Assembly: GCA_964487565.1 (NCBI GenBank)
Contig: CAZARN010000001.1
Location: 93,536-157,535 of the forward strand
DNA length: 64,000 nt
Origin: an uncultured Clostridium sp.
GTDB taxonomy: Bacteria; Bacillota; Clostridia; Christensenellales; CAG-138
Reading direction: 5' to 3'
Part shown: positions 33,433-44,262 of the stretch, one piece after another
Position numbering within the stretch: the stretch's first letter is position 1
Layout of the letters: each line of letters begins with the position of its first letter
Notes under the pieces: generated by a model
The model's database searches: none
The model's input: only the letters and a program-made list of their open reading frames with translations
Told to the model about the DNA's origin: nothing
Translations under genes and position numbers: made by a program

Positions 33433-35067
33433 AAGCTCGCCCGCCGCGGCGCGCGACGAATGGGTATACAGCAGACACTCGGCTCCCGTTTTAAGCGGGA
33501 GCTTTATTTTTGCCTGACGGTCTGTCAGATTTATCGCGATGAGGAGCTTCTCCTTTGCGTCTGAGCGCGTGTAGGCGATCACATTGGGATCGTTGCGCTC
33601 CACGGGCCTGTATTCGCCCCGGACGAGGACGGGGTGCTCGCGCCTGAACGCGATCGCGCGCTTGTAAAACCCGACGATGGAATCCATGTGCGTCATGTCG
33701 AGCGATATGTTGATGAGGTTGTGGTTCGGGTTCACGCGCATCCATGGCGTACCGGCGGTGAAGCCGGCGTTGCGGCTGCCGTCCCACTGGACGGGGGTGC
33801 GCGCGTTGTCGCGCGAGGCGCGCGAAACGATCTTTTCCGCGATGAACGCCGGCAGGTGCATCATTTTCTGGAGCTGTTCATAACCGTTGATCGCCTCGAA
33901 ATCCTTCCATTCGCTCCGCTTCATGGGCATGTTCGTCATGCCGCACTCCTCACCCTGATATATGAAGGGCGTGCCGCGGAGGGTCATGTTGAAAAGGCAC
34001 AGCGCTTTTGCGCTTGCGCGGCGGAAACGTTCATCCTCGCTGCCGAAGCGGGCGAGCTGGCGCGGCTGATCGTGGTTGGAAAGATAATTGCCGACCCAAC
34101 CGCCTTTTTCCTGCATGGCGAGCTGCCAACGGTCGGACGCGCGCTTGAAATCGAGCACGCTGAAACGGTACAGCTTGCGGAAATCGAATTTGCCTAGCGG
34201 CCCGCAGCCGAGCATCGCGAGATCGAAATGGAACATCATCGTGAGCTCCCTGCGCGACGGCTCGGTGAATTTCGCGACGTCATCGATCCCGGTGAGGCAG
34301 CCCTCGCCGACCGTCATGCAGCCGGGATAGCGCGAGAACACCTCCTCGTTCATCTCCCTTATGATCGGGTGTATGCCCTCCTGCGCGGTGACGAGCGTAC
34401 CGGGGAACTGCAGCCCGCGCTTTTGCGGGTCCTTGTCGGGGAAGCCTTCCGGCTTTTTGAGAAGATTGACAACGTCGATGCGGAAGCCCGCAATGCCTTT
34501 ATCCATCCAGAAGCGCATCATGTCGTACATCTCGCGGCGAAGCTGCGGGTTTTCCCAGTTGAGATCGCATTGCTGCGGCGTGAACGAGGTGAGATAGTAT
34601 TCGCCGGAGGCTTCGTCGAGCGTCCATGCGCTGCCGCCGAAAAAGCTCATCCAGTTGTTCGGCGGATTTTTGCCGCCGTTTTTGCCTTTTTTGAAGATAT
34701 AGTAATCGCGGTATTTGCAGGAAGGGTCGCGGAGCGCCTCGCGGAACCACATATGCTTGTTCGAGGTGTGGTTGGGCACGAGATCGAGCAATATCCTTAT
34801 GCCGCGATCCCGCGCGCGGGCGACGAGCGTTTCAAAGTCCGCCATCGTGCCGAATTCAGGGTTCACCGCGCGGTAATCCGAAATGTCATAGCCATAATCG
34901 CAGTTTGGCGACGGGAATATGGGCGATAGCCATATCACGTCCACGCCAAGCTCCGCAAGATAATCAAGCTTTGCCGTGACGCCCGCAAGGTCGCCTATGC
35001 CGTCGCCGTTCGCATCATAAAAGGAACGGGGCCATATCTGATAAACAATGCTTTCTCTGGGGTCCAT
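33394..35067 (-). CDS. GH13 alpha-glucosidase / oligo-1,6-glucosidase family protein
   Basis: The 557-aa product has GH13 regions (YQIWPRSFYDANGDGIGDL..., DLVPNHTS, GFRIDVVN, EGCL, FLSNHDQPR). Confidence 0.8.
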   Translation of the reverse strand: MDPRESIVYQIWPRSFYDANGDGIGDLAGVTAKLDYLAELGVDVIWLSPIFPSPNCDYGYDISDYRAVNPEFGTMADFETLVARARDRGIRILLDLVPNHTSNKHMWFREALRDPSCKYRDYYIFKKGKNGGKNPPNNWMSFFGGSAWTLDEASGEYYLTSFTPQQCDLNWENPQLRREMYDMMRFWMDKGIAGFRIDVVNLLKKPEGFPDKDPQKRGLQFPGTLVTAQEGIHPIIREMNEEVFSRYPGCMTVGEGCLTGIDDVAKFTEPSRRELTMMFHFDLAMLGCGPLGKFDFRKLYRFSVLDFKRASDRWQLAMQEKGGWVGNYLSNHDQPRQLARFGSEDERFRRASAKALCLFNMTLRGTPFIYQGEECGMTNMPMKRSEWKDFEAINGYEQLQKMMHLPAFIAEKIVSRASRDNARTPVQWDGSRNAGFTAGTPWMRVNPNHNLINISLDMTHMDSIVGFYKRAIAFRREHPVLVRGEYRPVERNDPNVIAYTRSDAKEKLLIAINLTDRQAKIKLPLKTGAECLLYTHSSRAAAGELSLLPFEGLVYRL

Positions 35068-35076
35068 AATGCCTCC

Positions 35077-35877
35077 TTACCCCAAAAACGGGTTTGTAAA
35101 AAACAGATGCGTGATGAATTGATCCGCAAGCACTAATATGCCCAGAACGAGCACATATATCGAAAAACCCATGAGGCTTTTTTTGGCGATCAGGCGAAGC
35201 ATGAGCCTTATCGCGAAATATCCGCTGACAGCGGCTGTCGCCGTGCCGATTATGACCGATATCCACGGTATGCCGCCGGTGCCCTGCGCCGCCACATCGG
35301 GTATCTGCACGATAAGGGAGCCGAGAATGACCGGGATGGAGAGTATGAATGAAAACTCCGCCGCATCCTCTTTTTTGAGGCCGAACAGGCGCGCGCCCGC
35401 GATCGTCGAGCCGGAGCGGGAAACGCCGGGCATTATGGCGACGCCCTGCATGAAGCCGACGGCGAGCGCTTCGGGTATTTTCATCTCATCCACCCCGCGG
35501 GAGCCGCGGGCAAACCTTTCGTTGATAAAAAGGATAAGCGCCGTGAGCAGGAAGCCGAAGCCGAGGAACCTGCCCGAGAACGCATCGTCAAAAACGTCGC
35601 GCAGCAGGAAAGCCATCACGGCCGTGACAAGCGTCGCGATGAGGAGCATATACACTTTTTTCTGGAAGGGCTTTTTGATGAGCGCCCATATCTTATTGTA
35701 AAAAACGGCAAAAACGGCGACGAGCGTGCCCATATGCAGCATCGTGTCAAAGAAAAGCGCCCCCTCGTCGATGCCGAACACCGTTTGCAGCAGCACGAGA
35801 TGGCCGGAGCTTGAAACAGGCAGGAACTCGCAAAGACCCTGTATGAGCCCGAGCAGCGCGGCGATAAAAACGTTCAT
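35077..35877 (-). CDS. uppP: Undecaprenyl-diphosphate phosphatase UppP (BacA)
   Basis: The product starts MNVFIAALLGLIQGLCEFLPVSSSGHLVL, which carries the BacA signature. It has eight TM segments. The ATG at 35877 has a GGAGGA Shine-Dalgarno sequence. Confidence 0.8.
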   Translation of the reverse strand: MNVFIAALLGLIQGLCEFLPVSSSGHLVLLQTVFGIDEGALFFDTMLHMGTLVAVFAVFYNKIWALIKKPFQKKVYMLLIATLVTAVMAFLLRDVFDDAFSGRFLGFGFLLTALILFINERFARGSRGVDEMKIPEALAVGFMQGVAIMPGVSRSGSTIAGARLFGLKKEDAAEFSFILSIPVILGSLIVQIPDVAAQGTGGIPWISVIIGTATAAVSGYFAIRLMLRLIAKKSLMGFSIYVLVLGILVLADQFITHLFFTNPFLG

Positions 35878-36012
35878 CCTCAATCCTCCGCAGCGTAATG
35901 GATGGTTTATTTTATGACGCTTGAGCGAATATAGCAAGGGAAGATTGAATTTGCGCGTGCTTTGCGGTATGCTGTTAACAAATTGTTATCAACTGATGAG
36001 GAGGACCACAGG

Positions 36013-37395
36013 ATGAATCCCGTTGTCGACAAATGGATTGATGAACATACGGATGAGCTCGTCGCGCGCGTGCGCCGCTGCATCGCGTTTCCGACTGTGC
36101 TCGATGAAAGCACGGCGGGCCCCGGCGCGCCGTTTGGCCGCGTCACGGCCGAATGTCTTGAGGATACGCTCGCCCAGGGCCGGGAGATGGGCTTTGAGGC
36201 CAAAAATCTTGACGGCTACTGCGGCTATATAGATTTCGGCGCGGGCGAGGAACAGCTTGCCCTCATATGCCATCTTGACGTGGTGCCGGAGGGTACAGGC
36301 TGGCTGTATCCGCCCTATGCGGGCGAGGTGCATGACGGCAGGTTTTACGGCCGCGGCACGATGGATGATAAAGGCCCGGCGTTCGCCGCGCTTTTCGGCA
36401 TGGCGGCCATCAAGGCTTCCGGGCTTGAGATGAAACGCCGCGTGCGCCTTATCCTCGGCTGCAACGAGGAGAGCGGAATGGAGTGCATGAAGCACTACAA
36501 GAAGGTCGAAAAGGATCCCGATATCGCCTTTTCGCCCGATGCGGAATACCCTGTTGTCAATTCGGAAAAGAGCGGCTATCACGGCGCATACCACAAGCTT
36601 TACGCTTCAAAGGTGCGTATGCACGGCGGCACTGTAAGCAATGCCGTGCCGGGCGAAATGGTGATCGAGGTGCCGTTCACCCTCAACCGCATACTGCCCA
36701 TAATGGAAGCCTTTATGGAAAAGAGCGAATTTGCCTGCGCCGCCGAGGAAAGCGAATACGGCACGAAGATCACCATGAAGGGTCTCGCCGCGCACGCCTC
36801 CACGCCGGAGATCGGGCACAACGCATTCCTCGCTGCAATAGCGCTTCTTGACAAGCTGCCCCTTGAGGGGGAGGACGCCGCGACCGTCGCGGGTCTTGTG
36901 AAGCTGCTTGGGTTCTATTGCCACGGCGAGGGCTTCGGCCTTGACTGCGAGGATAAGTCCGGCAGGCTCACGTTCTGCCCGGGCGGCATCGTGGATTGGG
37001 ATGAGACCGGCATAAAGCGCCTCACCATCGATATCCGCGCGCCGATATCCTGCAAGGGCGAGGACGTCACGGGCGCGCTCGAACGCGGCTTCGGCGAATA
37101 CGGCCTCACAGAGCTCAACGGCAGATACGGTATGGGCCATTATGTTCCGGAGGACAGCGAGCTTGTGAGCACCCTTCTCGACGTATACGCCAAGCGCTTC
37201 GGCAAGCGTCTGCCCCCGCTTGCCATCGGCGGCGGAACATATGCGAAATGCTTCAAAGCCGCGGTAGCCTTCGGCATAGAGCGCCCGGGCGAGGCGGCGA
37301 GCATACATATGCCCAATGAGAATATCGAGGTCACCCATCTTGTTGAGGACTGCAAGGTGATGGCGGATGCGATAATCGCGCTTGCCTGCAAGTAA
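36013..37395 (+). CDS. pepV: M20 family dipeptidase (PepV/Sapep-like)
   Basis: The product has M20 metal-ligand motifs (HLDVVPEG, GRGTMDDKGP, NEESGME). The ATG at 36013 has a GAGGAGG Shine-Dalgarno sequence. Confidence 0.7.
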   Translation: MNPVVDKWIDEHTDELVARVRRCIAFPTVLDESTAGPGAPFGRVTAECLEDTLAQGREMGFEAKNLDGYCGYIDFGAGEEQLALICHLDVVPEGTGWLYPPYAGEVHDGRFYGRGTMDDKGPAFAALFGMAAIKASGLEMKRRVRLILGCNEESGMECMKHYKKVEKDPDIAFSPDAEYPVVNSEKSGYHGAYHKLYASKVRMHGGTVSNAVPGEMVIEVPFTLNRILPIMEAFMEKSEFACAAEESEYGTKITMKGLAAHASTPEIGHNAFLAAIALLDKLPLEGEDAATVAGLVKLLGFYCHGEGFGLDCEDKSGRLTFCPGGIVDWDETGIKRLTIDIRAPISCKGEDVTGALERGFGEYGLTELNGRYGMGHYVPEDSELVSTLLDVYAKRFGKRLPPLAIGGGTYAKCFKAAVAFGIERPGEAASIHMPNENIEVTHLVEDCKVMADAIIALACK

Positions 37396-37528
37396 AAAAA
37401 CGGCATCAAAAGGGGCCGCGGTTTGTCCGCGGCCCCATGAATATCTTCGGGCGTGTTCCCGATCACCCAACCGAGCGGACGAGCCGCTCCTTTTTTATTT
37501 CAGACAGGAATGCGTCTGACAGCGCCGG

Positions 37529-39043
37529 TTACTGCTGCGTGTTGTAAAGCCTGCTGTCCTTTTGGACGACGTCATGCGCGCCGCCCTCCGTTATGCTGGC
37601 GGCGGAAACGAGCGTGAGACGCGCCTTGGCGCGAAGCTCCGGTATGCTCAGCGCGCCGCAGTTGCACATCGTGGAGCGTACTTTGGCAAGCGTGGTCTCA
37701 ACGTTGTTGTGCAGGCTGCCGGCATAAGGCACATATGAATCGACGCCCTCCTCAAAGGAAAGCTTCGCCTTGCCGCCCATGTCGTATCTCTGCCAGTTGC
37801 GCGCGCGCGCGCTGCCCTCGCCCCAGTATTCCTTCATATAGCTGCCGTTGACGAGCACCTTGCTTGTGGGGCTTTCGTCGCAGCGGGCAAAATACCTGCC
37901 CAGCATGCAGAAGTCCGCGCCCATCGCAAGCGCGAGGGCTATATGGTAATCCATCACGATGCCGCCGTCCGCGCAGATGGGGACGTATATGCCCGTTTCG
38001 GCAAGGTATTCGTCGCGCGCCTTCGCGACCTCCTGCACGGCGGTCGCCTGCCCGCGGCCGATGCCCTTTGTTTCGCGCGTGATGCAGATGGAGCCGCCGC
38101 CGATGCCCACCTTGACAAAATCGGCGCCCGCGTCGGCGAGGAAACGGAAGCCCTCCCTGTCGACGACGTTGCCCGCGCCGACCTTTACCCGGTCGCCGTA
38201 AGCGCCGCGTATCCAGGCGAGCGTGCGGCTCTGCCATTCGGAAAAGCCTTCGGACGAATCGATGCAGAGAATGTCCGCGCCGGCGTCCACAAGGGCCGGC
38301 ACGCGCTGTTCGTAATCACGGGTGTTTATGCCCGCGCCCACGACATATCCCTTGTTCTTGTCCAAAAGCTCGTTGGGGTTCTCCTTATGCGTGTCATAAT
38401 CCTTGCGGAACACGAACGCGACCATGTTGCCTTCCCCGTTGACGATGGGCAGGGCGTTGAGCTTGTGATCCCAGATGATATCGTTCGCTTCCTTGAGGGT
38501 CACGCCCTCATATGCGAAGACGAGCTTGTCCTTTGGCGTCATGAATGTGGAGACCGGCGTTTCCGGATCCATGCGGCTCGGGCGGTAATCGCGGCTTGTG
38601 ACGATGCCGAGAAGCTTGCCCGTGGCTGTGCCGTCGTCGGTCACGGCCACCGTTGAATGGCCTGTCTTTTCCTTGAGCAGCATCACGTCGCGCATGGTGC
38701 TTTGCGGCGTCACGTTGCAGTCGCTGCCGGCAAAGCCGGATTTGTAGCGCTTGACGCGGCGCACCATCTCGGCCTGCGAATCTATCGGCTGGGAGACGAA
38801 AATGAAGGATATGCCGCCTTCCTTCGCAAGCGCGATGGCAAGCTTTTCACCCGAAACGGACTGCATGACGGCTGAGGTCATGGGTATGTTCATAATAAGC
38901 GGACTTTCTCCCTCGCCCGGACGGTATCTGCAAACGGGCGTTTTGAGGGAGGTGTTCTGCGTGGTGCATTCGGCCGACGAATAACCCGGCACGAGCAGAT
39001 ACTCCGCGAAGGTATGTGAAGGTTCGTCAAAATAAAAAGCCAT
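37529..39043 (-). CDS. IMP dehydrogenase family protein
   Basis: The 504-aa product has IMPDH N-terminal region homology ([31 protein letters not shown]...[14 protein letters not shown]). It also has a CBS pair and a catalytic loop [12 protein letters not shown]. Confidence 0.65.
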   Translation of the reverse strand: MAFYFDEPSHTFAEYLLVPGYSSAECTTQNTSLKTPVCRYRPGEGESPLIMNIPMTSAVMQSVSGEKLAIALAKEGGISFIFVSQPIDSQAEMVRRVKRYKSGFAGSDCNVTPQSTMRDVMLLKEKTGHSTVAVTDDGTATGKLLGIVTSRDYRPSRMDPETPVSTFMTPKDKLVFAYEGVTLKEANDIIWDHKLNALPIVNGEGNMVAFVFRKDYDTHKENPNELLDKNKGYVVGAGINTRDYEQRVPALVDAGADILCIDSSEGFSEWQSRTLAWIRGAYGDRVKVGAGNVVDREGFRFLADAGADFVKVGIGGGSICITRETKGIGRGQATAVQEVAKARDEYLAETGIYVPICADGGIVMDYHIALALAMGADFCMLGRYFARCDESPTSKVLVNGSYMKEYWGEGSARARNWQRYDMGGKAKLSFEEGVDSYVPYAGSLHNNVETTLAKVRSTMCNCGALSIPELRAKARLTLVSAASITEGGAHDVVQKDSRLYNTQQ

Positions 39044-39187
39044 TTGAGCCCCTTTCCCGCAAGATGCTGATTTACAATATAATAATTGAAAGCGTGCGCG
39101 TTATCAAGGGCAAAACCCTTTCAAATCAACGCCAAATAATATATGATTGATGGTGAATCGAACATATTTGCACGGCGGAGGTATATT

Positions 39188-41584
39188 ATGGATGAGATAA
39201 AGCGCGCGGCCGCTGGCCTTGTTGAAAAAATGACGCTTGAGGAAAAGACGTCGCTGCTTTCGGGCTTTGACTTCTGGCGTCTCAAGGGCGTGGAGCGGCT
39301 GGGCATTCCGATGATTGCCGTGTCGGACGGGCCGCACGGGCTGCGCAAGCAGCCGTATGGCAAGGATCAGCTCGGCATCAACGGGTCAAGTCCGGCCACA
39401 TGCTTCCCAACCGCTGCGACAACCGCCTGCTCCTTTGACAGGGCGCTTCTCGGCGAGATTGGCCGCGCCATAGGGGAGGAGTGCTGCGAGGAGGATATCG
39501 CGGTGATCCTCGGCCCCGGCCTCAACATAAAGCGAAGCCCCCTGTGCGGGCGCAATTTTGAATATTTCAGCGAGGATCCCTGCCTTGCCGGGGAGCTTGC
39601 CGCCGCATATACCGCGGGCGTGCAGAGCATGAACGTCGGCGTTTCGTGCAAGCATTTCGCCCTCAATTCGCAGGAGACGCGCCGCATGAGCGAAAACTCG
39701 GTCTGCGACGAGCGCGCCATGCGCGAGATATATCTCGCCGGCTTCGAGCGCGCGGCGAAAGAGGGCCGTCCGTGGACGGTGATGAGCTCATACAACCGTG
39801 TGAACGGCACATATGCCTGTGAAAATCAAAAGCTCCTCACGGACATACTGCGCCGGGAATGGGGCTTTGACGGGCTTGTCGTTTCCGACTGGGGCGGCAT
39901 GGACGACCGCGCGGCGGCCGTGCGCGCGGGCAACGATCTGGAGATGCCGGGCGTCACGCGCGAAAACGACATGTATGTTGCGCGATCGGTCCGAAGCGGC
40001 GCGCTTGAAGAAGAATATGTGGACGCGGCGGCGCGGCGCGTCACGGAACTTATACTCAAAAGCATGCGGCGAAAGAAGCTTTCGGACACGATGGCGGCGC
40101 ATCATGAGATCGCGCGGCGCGCGGCGGCGGAGAGCGCGGTGCTCCTCAAAAACAAAGGCGGGATACTGCCGGGCAACGCCATGCAGAACGCGGCCGTGAT
40201 CGGCGCTTTTGCAAAGCATCCGAGATATCAGGGGGCGGGCAGCTCCAAGATAAACCCCAAAAAGCTCGACTGCCCGTTCGACGCGCTCGCCGCGGCGGGG
40301 CTCAACGCCGTATACGCGCCGGGTTATGACCTTGACCGGGATGAGGCGGACGAGGCGCTCATTGCCGGGGCGTGCGAGGTCGCGCGCGGGCGCGATATAG
40401 TGTATGTGTTCGCGGGCCTTCCGGACAGATACGAGTCCGAGGGCTTCGACAGGACGACCCTCGCCCTGCCAAAAGCGCATACGGAGCTTATCGCGCGCGT
40501 CGCCGCTGTCAATCCAAATACGGTGGTCGTGCTTCAGGGCGGCGGCGTGATGGAGCTTCCCTTCGAGGGGAAGGTGCCCGCGATACTGATGTGTTATCTT
40601 GGGGGCGAGGCGGGGGCCGGCGCCGTGGCGGACATACTGCTCGGCATTGCGAACCCGTCCGGCAAGCTTGCGGAAACATGGCCGCTCAGGCTTGAGGACA
40701 ATCCGTCCTTCGCGTATTTTGGGGGTTATCCGCAAACGGTCGAATACCGCGAAAGCATATTCGTCGGATACAGGTATTATGACACGGCGGAAATTCCCGT
40801 GCGTTATCCGTTCGGCTTCGGCCTTTCGTATACGGCGTTCAGGTATTCAAACCCGGCCGTTTCGGGCAGCGCGGAGGACGGCTTCACGTTCACGCTCGAC
40901 ATAACCAACACGGGCGATAAACAGGGCGCCGAGACGGTTCAGCTTTATGTGAAAGCGCCTGAAAACTGCGTGTATAAGCCTTCGCATGAGCTGCGCGGCT
41001 TCGCAAAAACCAAAAAGCTCCTTCCCGGCGAAAAACAGACCGTCAGCATACCGCTCACGGCGCGCGATTTCGCGTTTTATGATACGGGGATAGGCGCGTG
41101 GCGTATAGCGCCCGGCGAGTATGTGATCGAAGCCGCGGCTTCCTCGCGCGACATACGTCTCACGAAAAGGGTTTCGCTCGAGGACAGCGCGCAGGGCATA
41201 CCCCTCCCTGATATGCGGGAGGAGGCCTCGTGCTATTATGAACTTTCGCACGGCATCGCGGACGTGCCGGACGCGGCGTTTGAAAAGATATACGGCGCGC
41301 CCATACCCCCGCGTTACAGGGAAAAGGGTGCGCCGCACACGAGAAATTCCACGTTTGAGGATATAAGGGACAGGCCGCTTGGCAGGGTGATCTATTCGCT
41401 CGTCGTCAGTCTGTCCGTGAAGCTTGCCGGCAACGACGCCGAGATGCGCCGCATGGTCGAAGGCTCCGTGCGCGAGATGCCGCTTCGCGGGGTGTTCATG
41501 AGCGGTATCAGGGGCTTGACCTTCAGGCGGCTGGACGGCGTCATTCGCCTCATCAACGCCGGACGGGCGCGCACAAAGGCGTGA
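39188..41584 (+). CDS. GH3 beta-glucosidase (BglX-like)
   Basis: The product has the GH3 N-terminal domain with a catalytic Asp context (LVVSDWGGM), a C-terminal alpha/beta domain and an FnIII-like domain. The ATG at 39188 has a GGAGG Shine-Dalgarno sequence. Confidence 0.8.
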   Translation: MDEIKRAAAGLVEKMTLEEKTSLLSGFDFWRLKGVERLGIPMIAVSDGPHGLRKQPYGKDQLGINGSSPATCFPTAATTACSFDRALLGEIGRAIGEECCEEDIAVILGPGLNIKRSPLCGRNFEYFSEDPCLAGELAAAYTAGVQSMNVGVSCKHFALNSQETRRMSENSVCDERAMREIYLAGFERAAKEGRPWTVMSSYNRVNGTYACENQKLLTDILRREWGFDGLVVSDWGGMDDRAAAVRAGNDLEMPGVTRENDMYVARSVRSGALEEEYVDAAARRVTELILKSMRRKKLSDTMAAHHEIARRAAAESAVLLKNKGGILPGNAMQNAAVIGAFAKHPRYQGAGSSKINPKKLDCPFDALAAAGLNAVYAPGYDLDRDEADEALIAGACEVARGRDIVYVFAGLPDRYESEGFDRTTLALPKAHTELIARVAAVNPNTVVVLQGGGVMELPFEGKVPAILMCYLGGEAGAGAVADILLGIANPSGKLAETWPLRLEDNPSFAYFGGYPQTVEYRESIFVGYRYYDTAEIPVRYPFGFGLSYTAFRYSNPAVSGSAEDGFTFTLDITNTGDKQGAETVQLYVKAPENCVYKPSHELRGFAKTKKLLPGEKQTVSIPLTARDFAFYDTGIGAWRIAPGEYVIEAAASSRDIRLTKRVSLEDSAQGIPLPDMREEASCYYELSHGIADVPDAAFEKIYGAPIPPRYREKGAPHTRNSTFEDIRDRPLGRVIYSLVVSLSVKLAGNDAEMRRMVEGSVREMPLRGVFMSGIRGLTFRRLDGVIRLINAGRARTKA

Positions 41585-41608
41585 CGGCGCGCCAGTGCCC
41601 CGCACCGG

Positions 41609-42535
41609 TCATTTGCTCTTTTCCTTCGAACGCTTGTCGTTGATTATGTTCATGTGCTCCTCGGTTATGAGGGTCACGTCGTGCTCGCGCGCCCAGTCTA
41701 TGCAGCCGCGCAGGGCGGTCGGCAGGAATATGCGCGGCACGTTGACGAGCTTTGCGCACGCTTCGTCCGTGAATTTTATCTTGTCGTCAATGCGGTCGGC
41801 CGCGTAACGCACGGACTCGACCGTCGTCGCGCGCACCTGCAAAAGCTCCGGCAGCGGACGCCTGTGGCGCGAATACCAGAAGTTCTTGCTGTCCCTGTAA
41901 CCGTAATCGACAGGCACGGGCGGAAAATCCTTTGCGCGCACGCCGTTGATTATCGCATTGTAATATTTCTCCTTCATGAGGATCTTATCCACGCGCAATA
42001 TGAACGTTGCGCCGAATTTGCTTGTTATGCCGTTGAAATCGTGATAAGGCGGCTCATAACCGTCAAGCTCTCCGGGCCTGCATTCGGCCCCGTTGTCAAG
42101 CGCGCTCATCCATGTGCATTCGATGACCTGAAACGCCTCGGCGACGACCTTCGGGAATTTTTCGCCGGGGTTTGCCGCCGCCATAAGGCCCTCCTCAAGG
42201 GTGAAATTGCACTTGGGCATCTTCTCCTCGGGCTTGTCGCCGGGCCAGCTCAGTTTGACGGCTTCCTTGAAATACTTTCGGTCATCGGGTATGAAGCTGA
42301 TCGAGCATTTGCCTGTGCGCAGGATGTTCTGGGCCGTATTCGACGAGTTGCGGCAGTTGAGCAGCATCGCGTAATACTCCTTGCCCGCCACATAATACGG
42401 CTGGATGAGGCTGTAAGGCCCCAGGGTCGTTTCGCCGTTCTCCGTGAGCGTGCCGACCACGACCGTGGGCATGGGGAAGAAAAGCGAGGTCTGATAGAAA
42501 TTGTCCACAATGCGAAGATCCTTGAAACTTGACAT
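41609..42535 (-). CDS. Hypothetical protein with an N-terminal flavin-reductase-like (FMN-binding split-barrel) domain
   Basis: The ATG at 42535 has an AAAGGA Shine-Dalgarno sequence. The product has a pattern P.PTVVVGT...G...L..YS......Y.AGK...MLLN.R.SSNT..NI..TGK.SISF that resembles the flavin reductase family. The track ORF start at 42805 overlaps the tetR gene. Confidence 0.4.
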   Translation of the reverse strand: MSSFKDLRIVDNFYQTSLFFPMPTVVVGTLTENGETTLGPYSLIQPYYVAGKEYYAMLLNCRNSSNTAQNILRTGKCSISFIPDDRKYFKEAVKLSWPGDKPEEKMPKCNFTLEEGLMAAANPGEKFPKVVAEAFQVIECTWMSALDNGAECRPGELDGYEPPYHDFNGITSKFGATFILRVDKILMKEKYYNAIINGVRAKDFPPVPVDYGYRDSKNFWYSRHRRPLPELLQVRATTVESVRYAADRIDDKIKFTDEACAKLVNVPRIFLPTALRGCIDWAREHDVTLITEEHMNIINDKRSKEKSK

Positions 42536-42570
42536 ACTTTTATCCTTTCTTTGTCCGTTTATCGGCGGTG

Positions 42571-43107
42571 TTATTTTTCCTTGATTATTCGCCCTATAAG
42601 CGCGGCCGTCTCCTCGAAACGGTATTCGCCGTTTGATGCGATGAGGATATTTTCCGCGATGAAGCGCGGCAGATAATCCCCTTCTTCTGCGCCGAAGCGC
42701 GTAAGCAGCGGCTGCACGAGGGCGGCTATCTGGGCGACGAGCAGGGCGTGCCTTTCGCGGAAAAGCTTTTTCTGCGATGCGCCGGAAAGGCCGTGGCTCT
42801 CCCATATTTCCTCATAAGGCTTCCTGAACGCGGCGATCGCGTCGAATATCGCAAAAAGGCCCGCGTCGACGCTGCCCGCGCGCGCGGTTTCATCCTTCAT
42901 GGCGGCGAGCGCGTTTTGCCAGTCCTCAAGCATCACGCTTGCGGCCAGGATATCCTTGCTTTCAAAATAGTTATATACAGTGCCGGCGGCGATCGCGCAG
43001 CCGCGCGCCACGGCGCGGATGTTGAGCGCGTCGTATCCGCCCGCAAAAAGCTCCCTGCGCGCTTCATCGAGTATCATCCGGCGCGCGCCGTCAATTATCT
43101 TTGGCAT
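42571..43107 (-). CDS. TetR/AcrR family transcriptional regulator
   Basis: The product has an N-terminal HTH (ILDEARRELFAGGYDALNIRAVARGCAIAAGTVYNYF). The ATG at 43107 has a GGAGGA Shine-Dalgarno sequence. The gene lies immediately upstream of the flavin-reductase-like gene. Confidence 0.75.
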   Translation of the reverse strand: MPKIIDGARRMILDEARRELFAGGYDALNIRAVARGCAIAAGTVYNYFESKDILAASVMLEDWQNALAAMKDETARAGSVDAGLFAIFDAIAAFRKPYEEIWESHGLSGASQKKLFRERHALLVAQIAALVQPLLTRFGAEEGDYLPRFIAENILIASNGEYRFEETAALIGRIIKEK

Positions 43108-43238
43108 ACCGATCCTCCGAAACATCAATATGAACGTGTTCATATAAATAATAGCACAACGGCGCGCGCTGTCAAGCGCATTGGCGGCATAACGCAAAAA
43201 AACGCCCCGCTTTGAGGCGGGGCGTCGATGGGAAGAAC

Positions 43239-44045
43239 TCAGTCGTCGTCATCATCGTCATCGTCGTCATCGTCGTCATCCGGCGTAACGTCGATTATGC
43301 CGGCCTTTGCGCGCCTGCGGCGATAGCGGCGGTCGGCGGTCTCGGCGATCGGGTAATACACGGGGATGGTCAAAAACAGCACCCATGCGGGATGCCACAG
43401 GTTCCACACGCAGCCGAGCAGGAGGAACGCGCACACCACGAAGAAGACATACGGGAACGCCTTGAAGAAGCTGTGCCTGCGGCTGCCGGTGAAATAATGC
43501 ACGATGGAATAATACGCGGGTATCGTGATGAAAAGTATCCAGCCCGGATGCCAAAGATCCCACACAAAGCCCAGGCAAAGATATAATATGGTGATGAAAA
43601 TGGGATAAGGGAACATGAGGAAAAAGGACTTGTCGTGATGTTCGTCATCGTTTTCGCGGGTGATGCGCACGTTCACGTTGTCGCAGTCGCATTTTCCTTC
43701 GGCGGCGTGTTCGCATTCCTGCTTATATTCTTCCTCGTCGTCGCCGTATGTGAAATAGAAGCCGTCCTTGGTTTCAAACTTGATGGGCTTGCCGTTCACC
43801 GTAAGCTTCACGCCGCGATCCGGCTCAGGCTCGGGTATCGGGTCCTCGGTGCGCAGCAGTTCATCAACGCTCACGCCGTAAACGCGGGAGAGCATGATGA
43901 GGTTATCCGTATCGGGCGACGCCTCCGCGCGTTCCCATTTGCTCACCGCCTGACGGGAAAGGCCGAGCTTTGCCGCAAGCTCCTCCTGGGAAAGACCGTG
44001 CTGCTTCCTCAATTGCACGAGTCTGTTTGCGATCTCGATGTTCAT
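43239..44045 (-). CDS. XRE-family HTH transcriptional regulator with a C-terminal membrane module and a poly-Asp tail
   Basis: The N-terminal Cro/C1 HTH reads RLVQLRKQHGLSQEELAAKLGLSRQAVSKWER. The C-terminus has a duplicated W(D/N)LWHP(G/A)W(I/V)LF(I/L)TIP(A/V)YY TM element. The protein ends in 13 consecutive Asp residues. Confidence 0.65.
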   Translation of the reverse strand: MNIEIANRLVQLRKQHGLSQEELAAKLGLSRQAVSKWERAEASPDTDNLIMLSRVYGVSVDELLRTEDPIPEPEPDRGVKLTVNGKPIKFETKDGFYFTYGDDEEEYKQECEHAAEGKCDCDNVNVRITRENDDEHHDKSFFLMFPYPIFITILYLCLGFVWDLWHPGWILFITIPAYYSIVHYFTGSRRHSFFKAFPYVFFVVCAFLLLGCVWNLWHPAWVLFLTIPVYYPIAETADRRYRRRRAKAGIIDVTPDDDDDDDDDDDDD

Positions 44046-44132
44046 TGTGTTACCTCCGTTTCAAATCAGCTTTTCTACGGTGATAATGATACGCGCAACC
44101 GGGTATGTTACGCCACCAATTCTGCTTTTCAT

Positions 44133-44164
44133 TTGAAAAAATCCGCGCAACGGGCGGTTGCGCC
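44133..44164 (-). terminator. Rho-independent terminator downstream of serS
   Basis: The hairpin GCGCAAC-GGGCG-GTTGCGC is followed on the minus strand by GGATTTTTTC. Confidence 0.5.
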
Positions 44165-44262
44165 GGGTTGCACGGATCCGAAAAACACAGACGAAACGCG
44201 CCGTGTGCAGGTAGCGGAGAATGAGATCCGCAGGGATCAGGCCGCGCGGCCAACGTCCGCCG

